From an uncultured delta proteobacterium (GTDB lineage: Bacteria > Bdellovibrionota > FAC87 > UBA2466): DNA of 64,000 nucleotides. The stretch spans positions 293,719 to 357,718 of the forward strand of contig CAVZSV010000007.1 of the NCBI GenBank assembly GCA_963778115.1, given 5' to 3'. The position numbers were made by a program, and so were the translations under genes. This document shows, one piece after another, positions 37,037-45,752 of this stretch. Position 1 is the first letter of the stretch. Each line of letters starts with the position of its first letter. The notes under the pieces were generated by a model, which searched no databases, had not been told where the DNA came from, and saw only the letters and a program-made list of their open reading frames with translations.

Positions 37037-38036
37037 CCAGGCTCATCTTGAGCCTGAAAGCGGGATAATGAGTTTTAAATTTAGTAAGGTCGGAGTAATA
37101 GCAGATATGATCGCCTTTTCTGGCCGTGGGATCGTATTGAGTCTCCAAGGAGAATCCAAAATCATTTCTTAATTTGTCGATAATCTCGATGACGGAAGCG
37201 CTATTTCCATACGCTCCACCGAGGTTATAAACCTCTCCGCAACGGGGATTTTTTCTGAATAGTTCCAGCGCTTGAATCACGTCCGACGAGTGAATTTGGT
37301 CCCGGACCTGTTTTCCTTGGTAGCCAAAAATCGTGTAAGGCAGATTATGAACGGCGCAGTGGACGATATACGATAAAAACCCGTGGAGTTCGACCCCAGC
37401 GTGGCGGCTTCCTGTCAAACATCCGCCTCGGAAGGCTCCAGTATTGATTTGAAAATAGCGTCCGTACTCTTGGCAGAGAATATCGCCGGAAAGCTTGGAA
37501 GCGCCAAACAAAGAGTGAAGACACTGGTCTACCGAAAGGTCTTCGGCGATCCCTTTCTTAAAAAGAGAGCCCGTATATTCAAATCTTTTTTCCTGTTCCT
37601 CCATCGGCAAGTGATTGGGAGCGTCTCCGTAAACTTTGTTGGTACTCATCAAGACGAAAACGCCGGTCGGCGTGTGGCGACGAAATGCCTCTAAGAGATT
37701 CAAAGTCCCCATGGCATTGACTTCAAAATCGGTGAAAGGTTCTCGTGCCGCCCAATCATGAGAGGGTTGTGCCGCCGTATGAACTACGAAGTCTGGTTTG
37801 AAGTCGGCAAAACATTTATCAATGGCCAGGCGATCGCGAATGTCGATAGCCACGTGCCGGTAATTCTTGAAATGCGATTGAAGATCCCGCTTCACTCCCG
37901 AGGTATCTCCCTTCGCGCCGAAGAAATATTGCCGCAAATTATTGTCGATGCCGGTCACTTCATGCCCTTCGCTGGCGTAGTGAATAACGGCTTCCGACCC
38001 AATGAGACCGCAACTTCCTGTTACGAGTATTTTCAT
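36975..38036 (-). CDS. NAD-dependent sugar epimerase, CDP-paratose/tyvelose 2-epimerase-like
   Basis: MKILVTGSCGLIGSE Rossmann motif, AAQPSHDWAAREPFTDFEVNAMGTLNLLEA, and a YG..K catalytic dyad region. Confidence 0.75.
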   Translation of the reverse strand: MKILVTGSCGLIGSEAVIHYASEGHEVTGIDNNLRQYFFGAKGDTSGVKRDLQSHFKNYRHVAIDIRDRLAIDKCFADFKPDFVVHTAAQPSHDWAAREPFTDFEVNAMGTLNLLEAFRRHTPTGVFVLMSTNKVYGDAPNHLPMEEQEKRFEYTGSLFKKGIAEDLSVDQCLHSLFGASKLSGDILCQEYGRYFQINTGAFRGGCLTGSRHAGVELHGFLSYIVHCAVHNLPYTIFGYQGKQVRDQIHSSDVIQALELFRKNPRCGEVYNLGGAYGNSASVIEIIDKLRNDFGFSLETQYDPTARKGDHICYYSDLTKFKTHYPAFRLKMSLDAILKEMVENATASQTRKAA

Positions 38037-38151
38037 AGAATGTGATGGAAATGTTCAGGGATTATGAGAACTGCCATACTTCTTATCGGAATTGCAGGCT
38101 GGTTCTGTAGGGAAAATTAGGGGAGGTGTGGGCGCAAGGCGTTATTGGAAT

Positions 38152-38213
38152 CTAAAGGTATCCGTTACATTCCGTCCACTTTTCTTGGACTAGAGGTAAC
38201 GGATACCTTTAGG
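38152..38213. promoter_or_regulatory. perfect 17-bp-arm palindrome ctaaaggtatccgttac / gtaacggatacctttag with nested inner hairpin, copy 1
   Basis: Read directly. It lies 7 nt downstream of the stop of the minus-strand gene 38220..39875. The inner hairpin is gtcca-N7-tggac. Confidence 0.6.
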
Positions 38214-38219
38214 ATATGG

Positions 38220-39875
38220 CTAGAATCCAGAGTGGCCCTGCGCGTTAATCGCATCAGGAACCGAAGCTGTTCCCCGAGCGGCGTGAGCGACTAAATTATT
38301 GTCATCCGCTATCATGCCCCGGATATTGGCGGCGGTATTGGATCTCGTGGAGGCGGTATTATTCACTACGTTTGCCGTCGAATTATTCACGCGGGCGTTC
38401 GTGGCCGAGTTATTGATCAGGGCTCCATTTCCATTGCGAGAATTTCTGGCCGGCTGACGAGCCGACATCGCATAGGGATTGCCCGCTAGCCCCTGAATCA
38501 GTTGCTGTGCCGCTCCTCCATGTGAAATCATAAGCCCACTCATCATTCGACCGGCCATCATCACCGAGAAATCGAATCTTCTTACCTGGAGCGCTAATAG
38601 TGCCGCCCCTTGCATATAGGAGATAGCCGTCTTCATCGCCTCATTTCTCATATCCATGTAGAATTTTCGGCGTTTGAGCTGGAGGTCTTTGGAAAACAGA
38701 GAATATTCTTCGCTCGATTTCATGACCTGGCGATTGGTCTCTTGCATTTGTTGATCGCGATTCGTGAATAGTGCTGCCAATGAGTTACTCATTTTGGCAA
38801 AAGCGGCCATCGCGCCATCGTAAACCTGAGTATTGCTATTAATCTTGGCCATCGTCGTCGAAGCATTAGCATTCGTATGAGCGATCGAGGTGGCCGCCCC
38901 CGCTTGCGCCGCAGTAGCCCCCACCATTCCCAACGCTCCGGTCGCGATCGCTGCCGCTCCAAAGGCCTGAAAAATTGCCGCCGATCCACCACCGCCTCCA
39001 CCTCCTCCAGCGCCACCCCCGCCTCCGCCACCGCCACCGTTAGGGTTCACGGGATTGCCGTCGCGGTCCATAAGTCCCTGCTCTTGAGCAGCTCTAAGAG
39101 CCGCTTGCGTCGGGGTAAATCCTTGTCCAATCAAATCCTGCTGCCGTTTCAACGTATTTTCGGCGATCTTGGTGGCATCTGCTTTTGTGAGAAACCCCCT
39201 GTTGATCGCATCCAAGAGGTTTTGTCTTAGATCGACTCCTAAGACACTTCCGATGCCGTTATTGGTTAATCCTAAACCGGCCAGAGGATCACCGGCTTGA
39301 GATTGATCTGCGATGGCTCCGCCGGTAATGGCATCGATAGCAAGCTGTTGCTGAGCGGTTAGCGCCAATGCCGAGGGGACACTCACCGCCTTCCACAAAG
39401 CTACTAGCGGAAGGGGCGACCAATAACTGGCGCGAACGTGGGCCGAATATTTCTTGGCGTCAATCTGACTGGTACTGGCTCCAGTCACTCCCCCTGCGGG
39501 AAACGAGGCGGGAGCGCGACGAGTAGCCCCCTTTGTCATCATCGCCGACGGTCGAGAAATCGGTTTCGAAGGCAACGGAGAAAACCAGACTTCGCGGTGC
39601 TTTACATCTTCGCGACGATCATTCTCCTCGGGGCCGAAGCCATGAATTCGTTCGGGCATAAGTCCTCCGGACGATATCTGGCGATCGTTGCTTTGCAAAA
39701 GTTCATTCGTCTTAGACCACGTTTCGTGAATCCACTGACGAAACCCTCCGCAGCACGAGACTCTGTTTCGAGGCGAGCTCGGAATAAGAAGCGCAAGCAG
39801 CAGACCTAGCACGGATAGCGCTACTAATTTTTGAGTTCTAGAAAACATCTTCCCCCTTAAGAACGCCCAGTGCAC
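38220..39875 (-). CDS. secreted Gly-run / Ala-rich helix / coiled-coil protein B (paralog of 40133..42535)
   Basis: Signal peptide; G19 run followed by an Ala-rich hydrophobic helix, a TNANAS motif and a Q-rich helical region; Asn-rich tail ending ...LVAHAARGTASVPDAINAQGHSGF. Confidence 0.55.
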   Translation of the reverse strand: MHWAFLRGKMFSRTQKLVALSVLGLLLALLIPSSPRNRVSCCGGFRQWIHETWSKTNELLQSNDRQISSGGLMPERIHGFGPEENDRREDVKHREVWFSPLPSKPISRPSAMMTKGATRRAPASFPAGGVTGASTSQIDAKKYSAHVRASYWSPLPLVALWKAVSVPSALALTAQQQLAIDAITGGAIADQSQAGDPLAGLGLTNNGIGSVLGVDLRQNLLDAINRGFLTKADATKIAENTLKRQQDLIGQGFTPTQAALRAAQEQGLMDRDGNPVNPNGGGGGGGGGAGGGGGGGGSAAIFQAFGAAAIATGALGMVGATAAQAGAATSIAHTNANASTTMAKINSNTQVYDGAMAAFAKMSNSLAALFTNRDQQMQETNRQVMKSSEEYSLFSKDLQLKRRKFYMDMRNEAMKTAISYMQGAALLALQVRRFDFSVMMAGRMMSGLMISHGGAAQQLIQGLAGNPYAMSARQPARNSRNGNGALINNSATNARVNNSTANVVNNTASTRSNTAANIRGMIADDNNLVAHAARGTASVPDAINAQGHSGF

Positions 39876-40055
39876 ACGGATGGATACGACGTATAAAAGT
39901 CGAACACCCCTTTAGCTTTGGAGGTCCCCCTATTCCAGTTAGAGTTGCATATTCTTTGCCAAATTCAGTAATCACTCTCCTCACAAGCAGATAAAAAAGA
40001 GGGGAGGACTCTCATGAGCCGGCACCACAGTAGGGGAGGACCCACGATAGTCAGA

Positions 40056-40089
40056 CAAAAAAGAGGGGAGGACTCTCATGAGCCCTCCC
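40056..40089 (-). terminator. rho-independent terminator for gene 40133..42535 (GGGGAGG-12 nt loop-CCTCCCC + T6), with a degenerate upstream duplicate at 39992..40019
   Basis: Minus-strand reading: ggggagg gctcatgagagt cctcccc tctttttt. The 28-nt string aaaaaagaggggaggactctcatgagcc occurs twice, 64 nt apart. Confidence 0.65.
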
Positions 40090-40132
40090 CAGGACGACTG
40101 TGGTCTTTCTAGACCATCCCCCGATTAAGCTT

Positions 40133-42535
40133 TTAAAATCCTGATGAACCTTGAAGTGGCGTATGCGGTAAGCCACTGTGACCTAGCTCCGGCATCGCCG
40201 TCATCGACGGCGGATTATAAGCTTTTGAAGCAACCGCCATTGAGGCCGTTGCTCGCGCTCCAGGCGAGTGCGCCACTAAATCTTGGTTCGAAGTACCAAC
40301 CGCGCCCGGTTGAAAATACGAAGTGGCTGCGATCGCCGGATTTGTCATCGATTGAGGAGCCGTCTTTTGTAAGAGCTGTCCCAAATCGCTTGTTGTCTGC
40401 GCTACAAATTTATTTTGCGACGTCGAACCCGAAGCTTTATTGGTGCTGATAACACCGCGCAAAGCAGCACTCATCGCAGGTGCATTCTTAGTTAATTTCA
40501 ATTGGTGCGCTCCTACCGCCATGGCACTTCCCGTTGCAGGAACTAAAATTCTCTTTCCCGTCTTAGGATCGATAGTCCACTGAAGGGGGCTTCCATCGGA
40601 AGCCGTGGTATTGCCGACACTCGCCAAAAGTGCATCAGACGCGGAACCAGAATTTTGTCCCGCCGTCATCCCTCGCGCAGCCCCCCCTAAACCCGTAAAT
40701 CCTGAGCCGCCACCGTTGGAGGCCATCTGAGTTGCAGCACCTAGACCTGAACCTCGAGTGCTCGTAAGTCCGTTAGCAGCATTTCCAAATCCGCCACCAC
40801 CAGCTCCGCCAAATCCGCCGGCTTGTCCGCCGCCGCCAAATCCCCCGCCCTGCCCTCCACCGAAACCTCCGCCTGCACCCGCTTGAGCGCTATTTCCAAA
40901 AGCTCCCGCACGACCGGGCATATTGTTTGCCACCGTTAACCCTTGACCGGTCGCTGAATTAAAAACGTTGCTGGGCATCGGATTGCCGGGTCCGCCGCCT
41001 TGATTGAGGGCCGCTGCTTCAGAGAGCCTCTCTTGCCGATTGGCCAGAGCTATGGTCTCGTCAGCTTGTGATTTGGCGATATCCAATTTCTGTTTGTCTA
41101 AATTTTCCTGATAAGTGAGTCGTTGCTCTTCAAAGTTATTCGCATCCGTTCGCGCTTTATCCAACTCTTGCAATTGAATGTTCAAGCGATCTGTCGTCGA
41201 TTGCTGATTCTGTGCCGAAATCTGTTGGGCGATCTGAGCCTGTTGCGAAGCGATGGCGGCTTGCTGACCGGCAAGCTGCTGTGAAGTCTGAGCACTAATC
41301 TGAGTCATTTGAATCTGGGCATTCGCATTCGTCTGGGCGATTTGCTTGTCAGCATTAGCTTGAATCGCTGCTGCCGCCACGGGTGCCGCCGCCGCAATGA
41401 TCATTGCAAACCCCATCAGGAACGCAGCCGCTTCTCCGCCGCCCTCCCCGCCTCCGCCCTCTGCATGGGCGGAGGTCGTGGAGAGAACCCCCGATAATTT
41501 GAGAAAAGCTATGTTAGACCAATACTGAGGTTTGATATTCGATTGGTACTGAGACGGATTCTGCTGAGGAGCCAAGGGGCGATCCTCACTGCTAAGCGCT
41601 CTTTTAGAAACTTGCTTGCCCGTCTTCTTATCGAAAAAGGTTTGATCTAAAGCAGACGCAGGCTCACGCGCTGGAGCCAATGACGATTCCACTGCCGCCA
41701 GATCACTATTGGCTGACTGCCAAAACCCACCGGCTTTAGGCGCAGAAGAGGAAGCGTTAACCGAACTCCCTACTACGGCGCCATCTGCACCGGCCGCAGT
41801 TTGAGAAGATATGGCGGACGTCCCCCCTACGGTTGAAATACTCGCCGAACCCGTCACATCGGAAGCGGAAGGATCTTGCAAGTTCGCTGCTTTAGCAGCT
41901 CCGTCATCAAAAACTAGTTTGTCTGACTTTACGGGGCCGTTTGAAGAGGAACTTTGGCCCAGTGAATCGTCGCCCAGACTCGCTAACTCTTTATTCAAAG
42001 GATCTTGTCCTTTGGATTGAGAATCATCAAAGACCAATCGATCAGAACCCCCACCACCGCCAGCTCCGGCTTTCGCCATTACCGAAGCGGGAATTCCCGT
42101 TCCTAACTTCGGAATGTAGCGCTTATCAGGATGGGCCAAAAACTTTTTGTAGTTATCGGCAGCGTTTACATTGATGAAGCCTCCCAGCATCTTCTGGACC
42201 ATGGGAAGATCGGAATTACCAAACTTGTTGCTCTTAAACTCGCCGGCAAGGCCACGAATAGCGCCGGGTAGCATGCCCATCGCATGACGAACATTTTGCT
42301 GGCGCCATGCATCCATCGGATTCTCAGCGGCAGACGTCATCGCTTGGTTGATCTGCATTATGGTGGCTACTAGATATACAAAACTTGCATTGTTGGCGAA
42401 ATCGGATTGGGAGTGCTGAGCAAAGGCGGAAGGCCCTAGGATTAAATTCCAGGAGAGAATCAGCGCAAGCCAAAACGAAGACCGTTTCGATCTTCGAAGA
42501 GAGGCGAAGAGCAGTATGTGCTTTCTCTGATGCAT
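40133..42535 (-). CDS. secreted Gly-run / Ala-rich helix / coiled-coil protein A (800 aa), paralog of 38220..39875
   Basis: Signal peptide. GGGGEGGGEAAAFLMGFAMIIAAAAPVAAAAIQ followed by TNANAQ and a Q/A heptad coiled coil. Then a GGFGG-type Gly-rich block and a C-terminal domain ending ...LVAHSPGARATAS...ELGHSGLPHTPLQGSSGF. Confidence 0.55.
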   Translation of the reverse strand: MHQRKHILLFASLRRSKRSSFWLALILSWNLILGPSAFAQHSQSDFANNASFVYLVATIMQINQAMTSAAENPMDAWRQQNVRHAMGMLPGAIRGLAGEFKSNKFGNSDLPMVQKMLGGFINVNAADNYKKFLAHPDKRYIPKLGTGIPASVMAKAGAGGGGGSDRLVFDDSQSKGQDPLNKELASLGDDSLGQSSSSNGPVKSDKLVFDDGAAKAANLQDPSASDVTGSASISTVGGTSAISSQTAAGADGAVVGSSVNASSSAPKAGGFWQSANSDLAAVESSLAPAREPASALDQTFFDKKTGKQVSKRALSSEDRPLAPQQNPSQYQSNIKPQYWSNIAFLKLSGVLSTTSAHAEGGGGEGGGEAAAFLMGFAMIIAAAAPVAAAAIQANADKQIAQTNANAQIQMTQISAQTSQQLAGQQAAIASQQAQIAQQISAQNQQSTTDRLNIQLQELDKARTDANNFEEQRLTYQENLDKQKLDIAKSQADETIALANRQERLSEAAALNQGGGPGNPMPSNVFNSATGQGLTVANNMPGRAGAFGNSAQAGAGGGFGGGQGGGFGGGGQAGGFGGAGGGGFGNAANGLTSTRGSGLGAATQMASNGGGSGFTGLGGAARGMTAGQNSGSASDALLASVGNTTASDGSPLQWTIDPKTGKRILVPATGSAMAVGAHQLKLTKNAPAMSAALRGVISTNKASGSTSQNKFVAQTTSDLGQLLQKTAPQSMTNPAIAATSYFQPGAVGTSNQDLVAHSPGARATASMAVASKAYNPPSMTAMPELGHSGLPHTPLQGSSGF

Positions 42536-43027
42536 GCTCGTTGCTAAACCCTGCTGTCGTCCGGCGCCAGTCGGCGCGCCTTTTGTTTATGCCTGTTGCC
42601 AGCCTGTCTTCACTCATTGGCTGGTTTTATCTGATGACTTAGTGTGCACAAGGCTTGCCAGTTTCAATGCCCCACTACTTTTGGGTAAGTCGTTGAAAAG
42701 ACTGAAGCGCCAAAACGACTGGAACCTAAACACCTGCAGAGGCTTTTCAGACCACTACCGGGATACTACTAAGTATTTGAAGATATTAATAAAAGCTTGT
42801 ATGAAAGGTCGACACCGGGGTATTTGACGTTACTATCGGAAAAGAGGGACTGGCTTTGGGAAAGCAACCCCGGGAGCAACTTGGGGTCGGTGGGACCGAA
42901 TCCTTCCCGCTGAGCGATCCGACCGCTCATCGGAATTCGACTCAACCCGAAAAATAGGTTTTCTAACCGATGCTAAAGTGATGAAATACCGCCCAATCTC
43001 GAAAAGGATTCGAGCACTTCAAACTTA

Positions 43028-43663
43028 TTGTGGAGGATTCGGGCTATGGCTCTAGATGATCTTCAATCGAATCTGCTGCTGTTCTTGCGCTGGTTTCACA
43101 TCATCGCTGGAATTACGTGGATCGGCCATTTGTATTTCTTCAACTTCGTAAATAGTCAGTTTCAACTTGTTCTGAAAAAGGAACTCAAACCCGACGTAAA
43201 CCCCTATCTCATTCACCGGGCACTGTGGTGGTTTCGATGGGGAGCCATGATGACCTTCGTGTTTGGCTGGGCACTCTTCCTCGCCAAGTATGGTCATGGT
43301 GGACTGTGGACGGATGAATCGGGACAGATCACTCAACGAACCATTTGGATTCTCTTCGGAGGGTTGCTAGGAACCATCATGTGGTTCAACGTATGGTTCG
43401 TCATTTGGCCCGCTCAGAAATGTATCTTGAGCTGGATCAAAAATGCCCAATCACCACCAGAGATGGCTGCGACGGTAAAACGAGCAACACTATTCTCTAA
43501 AATCAATACGTACCTCTCTGGCCCCATGCTGTTCGGCATGGTCGCTGCGAACAATTACGGCTCATTCAACGTGGTCAGCTTAATTGTATTTTCGGCAGTT
43601 GGTTTAGGAGTGGTTTGGTTTCTTTACAAGTTGGCGCCAAAGGTTGGCAAACCCTTGGGTTAA
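43028..43663 (+). CDS. integral membrane protein resembling the N-terminal membrane domain of urate hydroxylase PuuD / HemJ-like helical proteins
   Basis: LRWFHIIAGITWIGHLYFFNF motif and 4-5 TM helices. No cytochrome c CxxCH motif. The assignment is tentative. Confidence 0.35.
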   Translation: MWRIRAMALDDLQSNLLLFLRWFHIIAGITWIGHLYFFNFVNSQFQLVLKKELKPDVNPYLIHRALWWFRWGAMMTFVFGWALFLAKYGHGGLWTDESGQITQRTIWILFGGLLGTIMWFNVWFVIWPAQKCILSWIKNAQSPPEMAATVKRATLFSKINTYLSGPMLFGMVAANNYGSFNVVSLIVFSAVGLGVVWFLYKLAPKVGKPLG

Positions 43664-43685
43664 GTTGCCCAGCTCTTTCTAAAAG

Positions 43686-43726
43686 AAATAAAAAAGCGGG
43701 CCGTTACCGGCCCGCTTTTCTTTCTT
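43686..43726. terminator. bidirectional rho-independent terminator (8-bp GC stem gcgggccg/cggcccgc, loop ttac, flanked by an A-run and a T-run)
   Basis: aaataaaaaa GCGGGCCG ttac CGGCCCGC ttttctttctt lies between the convergent genes ending at 43663 (+) and 43779 (-). Confidence 0.8.
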
Positions 43727-43778
43727 CCGATTCGAAATGGCCGAAGCGACGGCCCTAAAGACAAGTTCAACTACCGAT

Positions 43779-44054
43779 TTACGAATCAATACGCTTCTTC
43801 AACTCTTTTCCTACTTTGAAAAAGGGAAGTTTCTTTTCCGGTACGAAGACATCAGCGCCGGTCTTGGGGTTGCGACCGACATAAGACTTATAATTTTTGA
43901 CGAACCAGCTGCCAAATCCTCGAATCTCGATGCGGTCGCCTTTGACCATGGCCATGAAAAAAGAGTCGAAGATGGTATTAACTAGCTCCTCGGCTTTTTT
44001 CTTGGTGAGATTCGCTTTTCGGGCCAAAAGCTCGATGAGTTCAGACTTTGTCAC
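43779..44054 (-). CDS. HU/IHF family DNA-binding protein (IHF beta-like)
   Basis: MTKSELIELLA...GDRIEIRGFGSW...GRNPKTG; 91 aa. Confidence 0.85.
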   Translation of the reverse strand: MTKSELIELLARKANLTKKKAEELVNTIFDSFFMAMVKGDRIEIRGFGSWFVKNYKSYVGRNPKTGADVFVPEKKLPFFKVGKELKKRIDS

Positions 44055-44336
44055 ATCGCCTCCTAAGTTGGTGATCGGACCATTTCCGCTTCGGAAGATA
44101 GTGCGGTAGCGCCTGGGGGCCTTTTGGAAAAGGCAGCAGGCGGTATAAGTACTTTATTATTATAGTTTTTTACCGCCCCGAATCCAAGAAAAAATAGTTG
44201 TTCCGGACAAGGGGGGATGGCAATACATTGGGGGGCTTTGAGAGCGGGCAAGAAAACACGAGATTTGTTAGGCACAATAAGGCATTTTCGATACCCCAGG
44301 GGTTTTTAGAACCTTTTTCGAAAGTACGAACCCAGA

Positions 44337-45752
44337 GTGCAAGAGAGCGTAATGGATTACGGACAGGCATTTTTCCTCTATACCGCCGCGATAAAAGTCA
44401 TGGATGTACTGACCGTGCTGGGGGTGTGGTACGGGTGCTGGTACCTGCGTTTCTATAGCGCCTGGTTTCCCGTTACCAAAGGAATTCCCGATTTTGAGAC
44501 CTACTCAAGCATCTCTCTCCCTTTAGTCGCCGTTTTTAGCGCGGTGTTTCATGTGGTGGGGGCCTACCGCCGGGATCGCATCCACTTTGGCTTTCGGCCG
44601 GTTAAAAAAGTCATCGAAGGATGTATTTTAGGTACCTTAGTCTTTATCTCTACGATCTACTTTCGCGGGGAATTTTACTACTCGCGCCTATATCTTATTA
44701 TCTTTCTGGCCGTCTTAATTCCCACCGTATTACTGGAGCGGATCTTACTCCATTTGGGATGGGATTTTTTCGAAAGGTCCTTCGTCAAAAGAATAAGAAT
44801 CCTGCTCCTAGGCAGCGGGGAGCTACTCCAAATGTACTACTCGGCCATTCAAAATCGAAGGCCCTACCCTATCGACTGGATCGGAAGATTGGGGCCCAAG
44901 ATAACCGAGGGGCCGCTAACCCAGCTAGCTCACTTGGGCGGCGAGGAGCGACTCGAAAATTTGGTTAGAAACGCCGAGATGGATCTTTTAGTTATCTCCT
45001 ATCCCACGGACAATCCGGGGAACTACCGCCAAGTCCTGCAATCGGTCTCCAACGAGCTCGTAGCGGTCAAAGTCCTTCCCGACTTCGGAAAGTATAATAC
45101 CTTTACCTACTCCGCCGACGAAGAGTGCGGAATTCCACTATTACATTTTAATCAAACTCCAGTGGGCGCTACCGATAGAGCGCTAAAACGGGTCGAAGAC
45201 GCTTTGGGGTCGCTAATTTTTCTCATCGTCTGCTCGCCGCTCTATCTATTGATTGCAGGCCTCATCAAACTGACCTCCAAAGGACCCATCTTTTATTCTC
45301 AAGAACGAATGGGGGCGGATGGAAAGCTCTTTACGCTCTATAAATTTCGATCGATGCGAACGGACGCCGAGTCCAAGACAGGCGCCGTTTGGGCGGTCGA
45401 AGGCGACGATAGGACCACTCCTTTAGGCCGCTGGCTTCGAAAAACTAGTCTCGATGAATTGCCACAATTTTATAACGTGTTAAAAGGAGATATGAGTTTG
45501 GTGGGACCTCGCCCCGAACGACCCGTTTTTGTGAGTCAGTTTCGAAAAGAGATTCCTAAATACATGTTACGCCACCGGATGAAATCAGGAATCACCGGCT
45601 GGGCACAAGTCAATGGATGGCGAGGCAACACCTCATTAGAGGAACGCATTAAGCACGACCTATTTTATATCGGACACTGGTCGCACTTTTTTGATTTTAA
45701 AATTTTGTGTCTAACTGTGGTGAAGGGATTTGTGAATCGACATGCATACTGA
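44337..45752 (+). CDS. polyprenyl-phosphate sugar phosphotransferase (WbaP/exopolysaccharide sugar transferase family)
   Basis: N-terminal TM helices; C-terminal bacterial sugar transferase domain (GSLIFLIVCSPLYLLIA, KFRSM, SLDELPQFYNVLKGDMSLVGPRPERP). Confidence 0.8.
   Translation: MQESVMDYGQAFFLYTAAIKVMDVLTVLGVWYGCWYLRFYSAWFPVTKGIPDFETYSSISLPLVAVFSAVFHVVGAYRRDRIHFGFRPVKKVIEGCILGTLVFISTIYFRGEFYYSRLYLIIFLAVLIPTVLLERILLHLGWDFFERSFVKRIRILLLGSGELLQMYYSAIQNRRPYPIDWIGRLGPKITEGPLTQLAHLGGEERLENLVRNAEMDLLVISYPTDNPGNYRQVLQSVSNELVAVKVLPDFGKYNTFTYSADEECGIPLLHFNQTPVGATDRALKRVEDALGSLIFLIVCSPLYLLIAGLIKLTSKGPIFYSQERMGADGKLFTLYKFRSMRTDAESKTGAVWAVEGDDRTTPLGRWLRKTSLDELPQFYNVLKGDMSLVGPRPERPVFVSQFRKEIPKYMLRHRMKSGITGWAQVNGWRGNTSLEERIKHDLFYIGHWSHFFDFKILCLTVVKGFVNRHAY

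Noticed and set aside
38789-39230. ORFs (82 and 117 aa) inside the Gly-rich gene B region
   Set aside because: They arise from the GC-rich GGN/GCN repeat DNA, overlap a longer well-supported ORF, and are Arg/Ser-rich nonsense.
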